A stretch of DNA of 64,000 nucleotides, from assembly GCA_934700615.1 (NCBI GenBank), contig CAKUXR010000003.1:15536-79535 (forward strand). Reading direction: 5' to 3'. This document shows positions 8,786-19,013 of this stretch, one piece after another. The position numbers and the translations under genes were made by a program. The notes beneath the pieces are model-generated. The model worked only from the letters and a program-made list of their open reading frames with translations. It did not search any database and had not been told where the DNA came from. Source of the DNA: an uncultured Bacteroidales bacterium. Lineage in GTDB: Bacteria > Bacteroidota > Bacteroidia > Bacteroidales > UBA932. Position 1 is the stretch's first letter, and each line of letters opens with the position of its first letter.

Positions 8786-11700
8786 ATGAAAAATCAGATC
8801 AGATTGTTATTAGTAGCTATGCTGATGACAGGCATCTGCAGAGCACCTGCAAACGCGGAAATTCCAACTTATGTAGAAACGCAACAAAACACGCACACTG
8901 TCAAGGGTATAGTCAGGGATGCCCTTGGACCTATGGCCGGAGTCAATGTCCTTATAAAAGGGACGTCCACGGGAATGATTACCAACCAGGACGGCTCATA
9001 CAATCTTTCAAATGTGCAGGTCGGAGCAACCCTGGAGTTTTCCTTCATCGGCTATAAGACAGTAGAAGTTACTGTCGGGGCAGACGAAACCATAAATGTC
9101 ACACTTCAGGAAGACCAGAATCTGCTGGACGAACTCGTCGTAGTAGGTTACGGCACCGTGAAGAAGAGCGACGTGACAGGTTCAGTTTCTTCTGTCAGTG
9201 CTGAAGCATTGGAAAAAGCATCCACAGGTGATGCGCTCCAGGCACTTCAGGGACGTGCAGCCGGTGTGCAGATTGTAACGGCAGGCGGTTCCCCTGATGC
9301 TGTGGCAGAAATCAAAATCCGTGGAACCGGTTCTCCTAACGGTTCAAGCCCGTTATACGTAGTAGATGGATTTCCTCTGTCAGACATCAATTACCTTAGC
9401 CCTAATGACATCGCGTCCATCGAAATTCTCAAGGACGCATCAGCTTGTGCCATCTATGGTTCACGCGGCGCCAATGGTGTCGTCATGATTACCACAAAGA
9501 AGGCAAAGGCAGGAGCATTGAAAATCAATGTAAAAAGTGAATTCGGAGTTGAAGCGACACCTAAGAAACCTGAGATGTTGAGTTCATCCGAATACGCGGA
9601 ATTCACGAATTATGTAAGGGGCAATTCAGGACTGCCGGCCAAGTATGACGACCCGTCATCGATTGCAACCAATACGAACTGGTTCAAAGAGGTCATGCGC
9701 ACCGGCATCTATCAGAATCACAGTATAACATTGTCAGGAGGCTCTGACAAACTGTCGACTGTCTTCACCACAAATATGTTCAATCGTCAGGGAACTGTAA
9801 AATCCACTTCTTTCGAACGTCTGAACTTCTCCCAGAAGACACAGTACAAGCCTTTCGAGATTCTGACATTGCAGGCTTCCTTCACCGGGTCATTCATGAA
9901 AACGAACTCACTCGGCGCCAACGGTTCCAACAACAGGACAATTTTCCTTTCTTCTCTCATCGCTCCGCCTGATGTACCTGTATGGAACGACGTAACCGAC
10001 TATTATAGCGGTATTACTGCATTCCGTCTGGCAAACCCTGCTGGAGTAATCGCAAGAAACAACTCCAAGAGCAATCTCAATTTCCTGATGATGAACCTCA
10101 ATGCTGACTTGAAGATCACCAAGGACCTCATGTTCACATCCCGTTTCGGATATAATTACAGGACCATACTCAGCTCCAATTTCACCCCAATCTACACTGA
10201 AACTTCCAATATTGCCAGCGGAAATACTGAAGTGTACCGCGGAACGACTTTCAGCAAAGACTGGACATGGGAGAACATGCTGACGTACACCAAGAAAATC
10301 GGCGCACACGACATTTCAGTAATGGCTGCCATGTCTGCAAGAGACTATTATAGGGAGTGGTATGCAGGCAACAAGAAAAATCTTCCTAGCGAAGCCGAAC
10401 AGTTCCGTTACTTCGATGCCGCATCAGATACAAGTCCTTCACTTACCGGCGGTGCTGAAGCACAGGGAATGCTCTCATACTTGGGAAGAATCAACTACAA
10501 TCTTCTTGACAGATATCTCTTTACCGCATCCTTCCGTGCTGACGGCTCATCCCGATTCGTCGGTTCCAAGAAATGGGGATATTTCCCTTCAGGAGCTTTT
10601 GCATGGAAGATTTCTGAAGAACCTTTCTTCAAGAACATGGGTGCCAAATGGTTCAACATGGCGAAGCTCCGACTTGGCTGGGGTCAGATAGGTAACGAGC
10701 GTATCTCTTCATATTATCCATATCAGACATCAATCTCCCAGAACCAGTACTATGTACTCGGTGACAAGGAAAGAATCAACGGCGTCTTGCTGAGCACACT
10801 TGGAAATAAAGATATCCAGTGGGAAACATCAGAACAGTACAATGCCGGACTCGATCTTGGTTTCTTTACGAACAGACTTAATGCATCCGTAGATATCTAT
10901 CTCCGCAAGACTGACAATATCCTTCTCAACGAGACTGTTCCGCGCGTTGCCGGCACAAGATCAATCATCAGGAATGTCGGAGGTATGCAGAACAAAGGAC
11001 TTGAAATAGCATTGGGATGGAAAGACGACATCGGTGAATTCTCATATAGCATTGATGCCAACGCATCTTTTGTCAAGAACTCCGTAACAAACCTCGGAAC
11101 TTCAGGCATTCTCCAGTCCAATGGTATCACATATGATTACGCATTGATAGATTTCCAGGGCCAGTTCGACAATATCATACGTTCTACCGTAGGTAACCCG
11201 TTCGGACGCTTCTACGGTTACAAGATGCTTGGAATCTTCCAGAACCAGCAGGAAATCGACAATTACAAAAGTCCGGACGGAACCGTCATCATGCCAAGTG
11301 CAAAACCAGGAGACACCAAATTTGCGGACACCAACAACGATGGAAAAATCAGCAGCGACGATATGACAGTCATCGGAGATCCGAACCCGAAGATGGTTTA
11401 CGGCCTTTCATTCAATGCCAGTTGGAAAGGATTCGACCTGTCACTTCTCTTCCAGGGAACTTACGGCAACGACATTTTCAATGCATCCAAATTCTACTTC
11501 GAGAAGTTCGACGGAAGACAGAATGTCCTCAAGTCAGCATACAAATCAGGATGGAGCAAAGAAGGCTCGACCAATTCCCGCCCGATTTCGCTCGCATATG
11601 ATTCAGACGATGCCAGAAACAGCCAGAACTGGTGGCAATCCACAATGTATGTCGAGAACGGTTCTTACTTCAGACTCAAGAATCTCCAACTCGGATACAC

Positions 11701-11875
11701 ATTCAATTTCAAAGCAAAAAGAAATCCGTCATTAAGGTTATATCTGTCAGCCCAGAACCTTCTCACATTGACAAAATATTCAGGTTTCGATCCTGAAATT
11801 TCAGACAACGGAGTGGATGCAGGCCAATATCCGCAGCCTCGCACTTTTGTCATCGGTGTCAATATCAACCTTTAA
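8786..11875 (+). CDS. susC: SusC/RagA family TonB-dependent outer-membrane transporter
   Basis: Signal peptide, carboxypeptidase-regulatory-like N-terminal domain, TonB box (DELVVVGYGT), and plug plus 22-strand barrel with terminal aromatic. 1029 aa, typical SusC. Confidence 0.95.
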   Translation: MKNQIRLLLVAMLMTGICRAPANAEIPTYVETQQNTHTVKGIVRDALGPMAGVNVLIKGTSTGMITNQDGSYNLSNVQVGATLEFSFIGYKTVEVTVGADETINVTLQEDQNLLDELVVVGYGTVKKSDVTGSVSSVSAEALEKASTGDALQALQGRAAGVQIVTAGGSPDAVAEIKIRGTGSPNGSSPLYVVDGFPLSDINYLSPNDIASIEILKDASACAIYGSRGANGVVMITTKKAKAGALKINVKSEFGVEATPKKPEMLSSSEYAEFTNYVRGNSGLPAKYDDPSSIATNTNWFKEVMRTGIYQNHSITLSGGSDKLSTVFTTNMFNRQGTVKSTSFERLNFSQKTQYKPFEILTLQASFTGSFMKTNSLGANGSNNRTIFLSSLIAPPDVPVWNDVTDYYSGITAFRLANPAGVIARNNSKSNLNFLMMNLNADLKITKDLMFTSRFGYNYRTILSSNFTPIYTETSNIASGNTEVYRGTTFSKDWTWENMLTYTKKIGAHDISVMAAMSARDYYREWYAGNKKNLPSEAEQFRYFDAASDTSPSLTGGAEAQGMLSYLGRINYNLLDRYLFTASFRADGSSRFVGSKKWGYFPSGAFAWKISEEPFFKNMGAKWFNMAKLRLGWGQIGNERISSYYPYQTSISQNQYYVLGDKERINGVLLSTLGNKDIQWETSEQYNAGLDLGFFTNRLNASVDIYLRKTDNILLNETVPRVAGTRSIIRNVGGMQNKGLEIALGWKDDIGEFSYSIDANASFVKNSVTNLGTSGILQSNGITYDYALIDFQGQFDNIIRSTVGNPFGRFYGYKMLGIFQNQQEIDNYKSPDGTVIMPSAKPGDTKFADTNNDGKISSDDMTVIGDPNPKMVYGLSFNASWKGFDLSLLFQGTYGNDIFNASKFYFEKFDGRQNVLKSAYKSGWSKEGSTNSRPISLAYDSDDARNSQNWWQSTMYVENGSYFRLKNLQLGYTFNFKAKRNPSLRLYLSAQNLLTLTKYSGFDPEISDNGVDAGQYPQPRTFVIGVNINL

Positions 11876-11888
11876 TAACTAGAGCTTT

Positions 11889-13577
11889 ATGAGAATACAT
11901 AAAATAATGATGGCAACATTGAGCCTTGCCCTTTGTTGTTCCTGCAGCGACCTTTTGGAAAAAAAACCTCTGGTCAATCTCGCAGTGGAGAATTACTATA
12001 CTACGGAAGGTGAGGCGAAGACAGCCCTCATGGGTATATATCACGTCTTCATGACTGAGAACTTCGGTCTCTACCATTATCTTCATCTCGGAGACAATCT
12101 GTCAGACGACTCTCAGCTCGGCAACTCCCGTTCAGACGGTGTAGCGTGGGCAGGAAATGCCAAATCATTGATCCAGTTCAATATTTTGCCGACGAATTCA
12201 TACTCAGGCAACAACACTTGGAATCAGGATTTCCAAGTCGTGACAAATGCCAATTACCTGATCGAAAGTGTAACCAGGAACAACATCCATAACGCCGACA
12301 AGTATATTGCCGAAGCAAAGTTCCTGAGAAGTTACGTTTACTTCGACATGGCGCGTCAGTTCGGAGGCCTTCCTCTGGTAGATCATGTACTCACATACGA
12401 AGAATATTACAAGCCTCGTGCAACTGAAGATGAGACTTGGGAATTCATCGAGCAAGGCTTCAGGGATGCAGTTGAAGGACTCCCTGAAACTTGGGATGCG
12501 GCCAATGTCGGGAGAGCAACCAAAGGAGCCGCTCTTGCAATGCTCGCCAGAACATACGTATATCATGCCAGCCACAGCAAAAAGCAAGAGGATTGGCAGA
12601 ATGCCTACGACACGATAAAGGAACTCGAGAAAGGCAACTGGTTCAGTCTTGAACCCCGTTATGAGGATATTTTCGACATGGAGCACCAGAACGGGCGTGA
12701 GATTATCTTCTCCATACAGTTCAGGACTTCCCATACAGGCTGGGGAGACTCAAATGACGGCAACATGATGAGTTTCTACGGACACGATGCAGGAATCAAA
12801 ATCGCCGACTTGAACAAATCCACGACGACATTGACTCCTGACCAGTATGAGTTCGTATGCAAAAAGCTGTTGGAAGAATTCCCTTCCAATGTCAATGAAG
12901 ACGGGACACCGAAACCATATCTCAAGAAATGGACAGGATGGTCACTCCACTGCCCTACCCTTGACCTCGTGAACGCTTTCGAGTCTGGCGACCCTCGCCT
13001 GAAGGCCACAGTAATTGCCCCTAACGAGTTTTACGACGGACACACCCATTTCAATCTCTCGAGCGACAGCGGCTATCAGTCAAAGAAGGAATATGTACCA
13101 TTCGCCTACCGCACTGAAGAAAGCAATGAGGATGACCTTCCGAGAAACATGATCATTCTCAGATATGCCAACATCTTGCTCTATATGGCCGAGACATGCT
13201 GCCAGCTTGACAAGACAGGTGAAGCTCTTGACTATCTCGAAGAAGTCCGCGGCAGGGCAAGACGTAGCGGTGACGACCCTTCCGCACTGCCAAAGGTCAC
13301 GACAACTAACAAAGAAGAACTGCTTGAGGCCATCTACCATGAAAGAAGAGTCGAATTGGCGATGGAATATGACCGCTACTGGGATTTGGCCCGCACCGGA
13401 AGAGCAGGAAAAGTAATGAAGGCATACTACCAGAAGTACGGCAACGACAATACACATCAGTACAAAGGCAAGAACTTCATTGAAGGTACGCATGAGCACA
13501 TGCCTATCCCTCAGGCTGCAATCTCAGCATCTTACTATCAGGGTGTCCAGACACTCGAGCAGAACAAAGGCTATTAA
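11889..13577 (+). CDS. susD: SusD/RagB family nutrient-binding outer-membrane lipoprotein
   Basis: Lipoprotein signal with Cys (LALCCSCS), TPR-like SusD fold motifs, and position immediately 3' of susC. Confidence 0.9.
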   Translation: MRIHKIMMATLSLALCCSCSDLLEKKPLVNLAVENYYTTEGEAKTALMGIYHVFMTENFGLYHYLHLGDNLSDDSQLGNSRSDGVAWAGNAKSLIQFNILPTNSYSGNNTWNQDFQVVTNANYLIESVTRNNIHNADKYIAEAKFLRSYVYFDMARQFGGLPLVDHVLTYEEYYKPRATEDETWEFIEQGFRDAVEGLPETWDAANVGRATKGAALAMLARTYVYHASHSKKQEDWQNAYDTIKELEKGNWFSLEPRYEDIFDMEHQNGREIIFSIQFRTSHTGWGDSNDGNMMSFYGHDAGIKIADLNKSTTTLTPDQYEFVCKKLLEEFPSNVNEDGTPKPYLKKWTGWSLHCPTLDLVNAFESGDPRLKATVIAPNEFYDGHTHFNLSSDSGYQSKKEYVPFAYRTEESNEDDLPRNMIILRYANILLYMAETCCQLDKTGEALDYLEEVRGRARRSGDDPSALPKVTTTNKEELLEAIYHERRVELAMEYDRYWDLARTGRAGKVMKAYYQKYGNDNTHQYKGKNFIEGTHEHMPIPQAAISASYYQGVQTLEQNKGY

Positions 13578-13607
13578 GTTCTATAAACTAATAATACGAA
13601 CACAAAA

Positions 13608-16600
13608 ATGATCAACAACAGAATCTTACTCAGCACGTTCCTGATGCTCTCATCGGCATTGGCCCTCAATGCCCAGGATCAGGTGACTGTGAAGGAGACC
13701 AAGGAGACCATACCTACTTACCTGGTAGGGAACCCGGATTTATATCCATATTTCTTCAACGGAAGAACTTACCAGGGAGCCGCAGGTCACGTATATCCAT
13801 ATGCTCTGTATGACAATCTCACAGATGAGAGAGTCGACAGGGACTACAAGTACCTCACCCTCGAGAACGAATACACAAAAATCGGTGTGCTTCCGGAAAT
13901 CGGAGGCAGGATTTTCCAGGCTGAAGACAAACAGACAGGCTACAATTTCTTCTACCGCCAGCATGTCATCAAGCCGGCACTCATCGGAATGATCGGTTCA
14001 TGGATTTCCGGTGGAGTAGAGTGGAATATTCCTCACCACCACCGTGCATCTTCCACCCTCAACGCAGGTTATGAAATCACCGAGAATGAGGATGGCAGCA
14101 AGACTATCTGGATAGGGGAAACCGAGCTTCGCCAGAGGCTCAAATGGACTATCGGCCTCACAATGTTCCCCGGCAAATCCTATGTCGAGGCGACATTCAA
14201 GATGCAGAACCGCACACCTGTCATGCAGAGTTTCCTCTATTGGGCCAATGTTTCCGTGCACTGCGATGAAAACTATCAGGTCCAGTTCCCTCCTCAGACA
14301 ATCTACGGTACTGCCCACAGCAAGGTGCAGTACACCGACTGGCCATACAACACCATTTGGGGAAACAGTGAACCGACAGACAACAGCTGGTGGAAGAATT
14401 TCAAAAACGCGAATTCCACTTTCGCAGTCAATTATACCCAGGACTATCTGGTCGGCTACGATTTCGGAAAGAATGCCGGCACGGCACACTGGGCCAACCA
14501 CCATCTCGTACCTGGAAAGAAGTTTTTCCTGTGGGGTACCAAAAGCGTCTGGAATGAGATGCTGACGGAAAAGGATGGAGCCTACCTCGAACTCATGGTC
14601 GGAACATTTTCAGACAATCAGCCTGACTACAGCTGGATAGGACCTAATGAAGTCAGAGTGACAAAACAGTATTGGTATCCTATCAAAGGTATCGGCGGCG
14701 CCAAGAACGTCACATTGGAAGGAGCCGTAAACATAGAGCGCACATCACCTGACAACTTCATGGTGGGATTCAACTCTACGGCACTTTACAAGCAGGCCAA
14801 GGTAATCATCAAAGCCGCCGGCAACGTGATTTCTGAAGAAACTGTTGACATTGACCCTGACACTCCTTATATCAAGAACATCAAGGTGTCTTCAACGCTG
14901 AAAGACAGCGAGTTTTTCGCCGGTCTCTACGACAGTAACGGTATCGAACTCGTAAGTTGGTCTCCTGCAGAGAAAGAGGAATACACCAAGCCGCATCCTG
15001 CAGACCGTCCGAAGCAGCCGTCAGAGTACAATTCTGTCGAAGAACTCCTCCTCGCTGGACAGAGACTGGAGGAATTCCACAATGCACGCCTCAACCCTCT
15101 CCCTTACTACGAAGAGGCTCTTCGCCGCGATTCTCTCGATTCACGTGTCAATGTCAATCTCGGAATCTACTATGCCAAGAGAGCAGAATGGACAGTTGCA
15201 GAGAAATACCTTTCCCGCGCATATAAGAGACTTACCGGATTGCACTATATGCCGGAAATCGCCAAAACCGGCGTCATCTACCACACGAACCCGAAGGACG
15301 GTGAGATGTTCTACTACTCCGGCGTAGTTGCACGCGCACTCGGAAAGATTTCTGAAGCCGAAAGCTACTTCTGGAAGTCAACCTGGTATCCTGGTTTCCA
15401 GTCTGCGTCCTATCTTTACCTCGCAGAAATGTATTGGAAACAGGGCAAGGTCAAAGATGCCCTGGAAGCTGTCGATGAATCCATCGCATTGAGCGGAAAG
15501 AGCACTCAGAGCAAATTCGTCAAAGCACATTTCCTGAGCACACAGGGCAAGAAGGCTGAAGCTGTCGCCTTGCTGGACGAGAACATAGCTTCCGACCCTA
15601 TAGACTTCCTCAGCATCATTGAGAAAGCCCGTATTCAGGACAATAAGGAGCTGACCAAGCATGCCATCACACACATGGGCATTCCTCTCCAGGAAGTTAT
15701 TGAAGTGACAACCTTCTATAATGCCATAGGTGCATGGGACGATGCTGTAGCAATACTTGACTTCGCAATGGAGAACGGAACTCCATACTCATCAACTCCT
15801 ATGCAGAAGAATGCTGTCGAGCCTTTCACGGCTTCTCCACTCCTGAACTATATGGCAGGATGGTACAGTTCACAGGCCGGTCACGAAGACAAAGCTATGG
15901 ACTATTACCGCAAGGCTGCCGAGATGTCTCCAGACTACTGCTTCACCTTCCGCGTCGAAGAATTGGAAATGCTCAGGGATGTCTTGGAAAAGAATCCAAC
16001 TGACTGGAAGGCATACTATTATCTCGGCAATCTCCTGTACTACTATGACCGTAAAGACGAGGCTATCGCAGCATGGAAGTCATCTACCGAGCTGAACAGC
16101 AACTTCGGAATGACATTCCGCAACCTCGGACACTCCGCATACAAGTACCTGAAAGACAAAACTCTTGCTGACAAGTACTACAATATGGCCATCAATGCGG
16201 ACAGTTCCAACCCTATCTTCTTCCAGGAAATGGAAGATGTGGAGGCTGCCCTCAACGTACCGTCAGAAAAGAGACTCGCCCGTATGGAGAAATACCGCAA
16301 GACCATCGAGAAATCTGATGACGCCACATCACGTTTCGTCTATCTTCTGATCGACAACGGCAAGTACCGCGATGCTCTCGACATCTTGGAGAACAGACAC
16401 TTCCGCGTATGGGAAGGCGGCTCGACAGTATATACGCAGTTTGTGGATGCAAACCTTCTCTACGGTCTTTCCCAGCTGTCAAAACACCGCAACAGCAAAG
16501 CACATGAGAGTTTCCTGGCAGCAGGCACATTCCCTCGCAATCTGGAAACGAATGAACTCTCCAACGGACCTCTCGTAGCTAAAGTAGCATATCATCAAGG

Positions 16601-17006
16601 ACTTGCGTACAAGGCTCTCGGACAGAAAGACAAAGCACGCGAATCTTTCGGGAAATGCATACTCACAGCCGGATCCGGAAGAGGCGAATACATTGATGAG
16701 AGATACTATTTCGTCGCAATGGCCCAGAAGGAACTCGGTCAGGAGGCTGAAGCAAAAGCCACACTGAAGAAGATCCAGGACTACATCGACAGCCAGAGCA
16801 CCTCTGCTATCACAGTAGTGGACATTTACTCAAAGTTCGGCGAAGATGGCTCAAGCAACGTCATCAAAGCACGCAACCTCTATCTCCAGGGACTCGTTTA
16901 CCTCGCCTCTGGAGACAGACAAAAGGCACATCAATGCTTCTGTGAGTCACTTGACCTGAACCAGGCCAGCGTCTGGACCAAATACTTCAGGGACAACACC
17001 AAGTAA
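13608..17006 (+). CDS. Large secreted protein (1132 aa): uncharacterized N-terminal beta-rich domain (my recollection is that it is DUF5107-like) plus C-terminal TPR repeats. Its PUL role is unknown.
   Basis: Signal peptide. N-terminal ~450 aa are rich in W/Y/G and look like a carbohydrate-active domain. C-terminal ~600 aa show repeated TPR-like helical pairs (AYYYLGNLLYYYDRKDEAIAAW ...). Co-oriented in the PUL after susD. Confidence 0.7.
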   Translation: MINNRILLSTFLMLSSALALNAQDQVTVKETKETIPTYLVGNPDLYPYFFNGRTYQGAAGHVYPYALYDNLTDERVDRDYKYLTLENEYTKIGVLPEIGGRIFQAEDKQTGYNFFYRQHVIKPALIGMIGSWISGGVEWNIPHHHRASSTLNAGYEITENEDGSKTIWIGETELRQRLKWTIGLTMFPGKSYVEATFKMQNRTPVMQSFLYWANVSVHCDENYQVQFPPQTIYGTAHSKVQYTDWPYNTIWGNSEPTDNSWWKNFKNANSTFAVNYTQDYLVGYDFGKNAGTAHWANHHLVPGKKFFLWGTKSVWNEMLTEKDGAYLELMVGTFSDNQPDYSWIGPNEVRVTKQYWYPIKGIGGAKNVTLEGAVNIERTSPDNFMVGFNSTALYKQAKVIIKAAGNVISEETVDIDPDTPYIKNIKVSSTLKDSEFFAGLYDSNGIELVSWSPAEKEEYTKPHPADRPKQPSEYNSVEELLLAGQRLEEFHNARLNPLPYYEEALRRDSLDSRVNVNLGIYYAKRAEWTVAEKYLSRAYKRLTGLHYMPEIAKTGVIYHTNPKDGEMFYYSGVVARALGKISEAESYFWKSTWYPGFQSASYLYLAEMYWKQGKVKDALEAVDESIALSGKSTQSKFVKAHFLSTQGKKAEAVALLDENIASDPIDFLSIIEKARIQDNKELTKHAITHMGIPLQEVIEVTTFYNAIGAWDDAVAILDFAMENGTPYSSTPMQKNAVEPFTASPLLNYMAGWYSSQAGHEDKAMDYYRKAAEMSPDYCFTFRVEELEMLRDVLEKNPTDWKAYYYLGNLLYYYDRKDEAIAAWKSSTELNSNFGMTFRNLGHSAYKYLKDKTLADKYYNMAINADSSNPIFFQEMEDVEAALNVPSEKRLARMEKYRKTIEKSDDATSRFVYLLIDNGKYRDALDILENRHFRVWEGGSTVYTQFVDANLLYGLSQLSKHRNSKAHESFLAAGTFPRNLETNELSNGPLVAKVAYHQGLAYKALGQKDKARESFGKCILTAGSGRGEYIDERYYFVAMAQKELGQEAEAKATLKKIQDYIDSQSTSAITVVDIYSKFGEDGSSNVIKARNLYLQGLVYLASGDRQKAHQCFCESLDLNQASVWTKYFRDNTK

Positions 17007-17039
17007 TATCAATGTCAAACAACGCATAAAGTTTACAAG

Positions 17040-19013
17040 ATGAACAAAAGAATCACAATGTTATTGGCAGCCATGCTGGCAACCATGTCCATCTCCGCTC
17101 AGGAAAAGACATATTTCGTGTCCCCGGACGGAAACGACGGTTCAGACGGACTCTCGGTAGAGGGTGCGTGGAAAACCATCAACAAGGTCAACACCGTGGT
17201 CTTCCAGCCGGGAGACAAGATTCTCTTCGAATCAGGAGCAGTCTTCAAGGGGCAACTCAAGCCCCTTGGCTCCGGCTCGGAGGGCAAGCCGATAACCATA
17301 TCATCATTCGGAGGCGAGAAACGCCCGGTGATTGACTTCGGAGAAGCCGAAGGCGCCGGCATCCTGCTCGAAAACATCTCGTACTGGGAAGTCAAAGGCA
17401 TGGAAATCACGTCCAAGGCCCCGTTCAAGATAGGAGTCGGACGACAGGGCATATCCGTCACCGCATCCGGTGCTGACCACAACCTCAAACATTTTGTCAT
17501 ACAGGACAACTATATTCACGACATTTGGGGGCAGATGGGCGGACGAGGAGAGAATGTCGGCTACTACAGTTCCGCCATTCTTGTCAGGATTCTGCGTAAC
17601 CGCGAGTCATTCCGGGACCCGTCATATAAACCGTCCACAATCAACGAAGTGCGCATCGAGGGCAACAAGATAGAGCGCGTCGACAAGTGCGGCATAGTAT
17701 GCTGGGGAGCCCGTGACAATGTCGTAGTCCGCAAGAACTATATGGACAACCTCGGAGGCGACGGCATCTTCGTCAACGGACCATATCGCGGCCTCATCGA
17801 ATACAATGTCATCCGCCGCAGCTGCATGAGGGCCGGGGCTCCGGACCTTCCTGGAGATGACGGATGGTGGCCGCATGTCGCGGCCTGCTGGATTCAGGAT
17901 ACGGAAGAAACCATCATGCAGTTCAATGAAGTCTATGACACGGGCCGCAACATCTACAATGGTGACGGATTCGCATACGACTTCGACTTCAACTGCAAGA
18001 GATGCATCGCACAGTACAACTACAGCAAAGAGAACAACGGTTTCCTTCTGCTGATGTACAACATCTTCGAGAATGTGGCACGCTACAACATCTCCGAGAA
18101 CGACAAGACCCACCTCGTACAGATGCAAGGCAGCCTCAAGGATGACAACAACATATTGTACAACAACGTGTTCTATGTCGATCATGGCCTTCTCGATTTG
18201 GATTTCTTCAGAGGCAACGAAAAGGAAACCGCAAAAGACATCAATGATCTGGGAGCCCATTTCCACAACAATATCTTCTACGCCACAGGACAAGGACAGT
18301 TCCGCACCGCGTATTCTACCGGAGAGACATGGAAGAGAGAGTTCGATGATACACTCAGACCGGACCTCCCGTCAGGAAGCATGTTCATGAGCAACTGCTA
18401 CTTCGGCCCATGGAAGAGCGGCATCCCTGATGACCCTAAGGCACTCGTAGCAGATCCGAAGTTCATTGCCCCGGGAACCGGTGGTGACGGATTATGCTCC
18501 CTCGACGGATACAGGCTCCGCCCGGACTCTCCATGTATCGGAGCAGGAACATATATTCCAGACAACGGACGCCGCGATTTCTTCGGACAGCCTGTAACTG
18601 ACGGCAAGACAGACATCGGAGCCTTCGAATATCTTGGAAGCATTCCTGAATCAGACCCGGAAAAAGAAGCCGCACTTGACAAGGCTGCACGTGAAGCCTC
18701 ATCTGTAGCATGGGCCAGATGGAGTTTTCCTAAAGTCGTAGCGACCAACGGTCCATCCAGATTTACCATACGTCTCCGGGAACCTATCACGGACGACATT
18801 AAAGGACAAATCAGCTGGACAAACCCAGACAACGGAAAAACACACAAACTGGACATTTCCAAACTGAAAGACCGCAGGACAATGGCAATCCCTGTCAATG
18901 CCAATGTCTCCGTCCCTGACGGAACAAAGGTCAAGGTATCGCTCACCAACGGTTCATTCAGTGAAGAATTCGAGATTCCAGTCAAGGAAGTTGAACTAAG
19001 GAACAGATGGTAA
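17040..19013 (+). CDS. Right-handed parallel beta-helix repeat protein, putative polysaccharide lyase/hydrolase (copy 1)
   Basis: Signal peptide. YFVSPDGNDGSDGLS..AWKTI...QPGDKILF entry motif typical of beta-helix CAZymes, repeated asparagine-ladder segments, and a C-terminal beta-sandwich. About 55-60% aa identity to the next gene. Confidence 0.85.
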   Translation: MNKRITMLLAAMLATMSISAQEKTYFVSPDGNDGSDGLSVEGAWKTINKVNTVVFQPGDKILFESGAVFKGQLKPLGSGSEGKPITISSFGGEKRPVIDFGEAEGAGILLENISYWEVKGMEITSKAPFKIGVGRQGISVTASGADHNLKHFVIQDNYIHDIWGQMGGRGENVGYYSSAILVRILRNRESFRDPSYKPSTINEVRIEGNKIERVDKCGIVCWGARDNVVVRKNYMDNLGGDGIFVNGPYRGLIEYNVIRRSCMRAGAPDLPGDDGWWPHVAACWIQDTEETIMQFNEVYDTGRNIYNGDGFAYDFDFNCKRCIAQYNYSKENNGFLLLMYNIFENVARYNISENDKTHLVQMQGSLKDDNNILYNNVFYVDHGLLDLDFFRGNEKETAKDINDLGAHFHNNIFYATGQGQFRTAYSTGETWKREFDDTLRPDLPSGSMFMSNCYFGPWKSGIPDDPKALVADPKFIAPGTGGDGLCSLDGYRLRPDSPCIGAGTYIPDNGRRDFFGQPVTDGKTDIGAFEYLGSIPESDPEKEAALDKAAREASSVAWARWSFPKVVATNGPSRFTIRLREPITDDIKGQISWTNPDNGKTHKLDISKLKDRRTMAIPVNANVSVPDGTKVKVSLTNGSFSEEFEIPVKEVELRNRW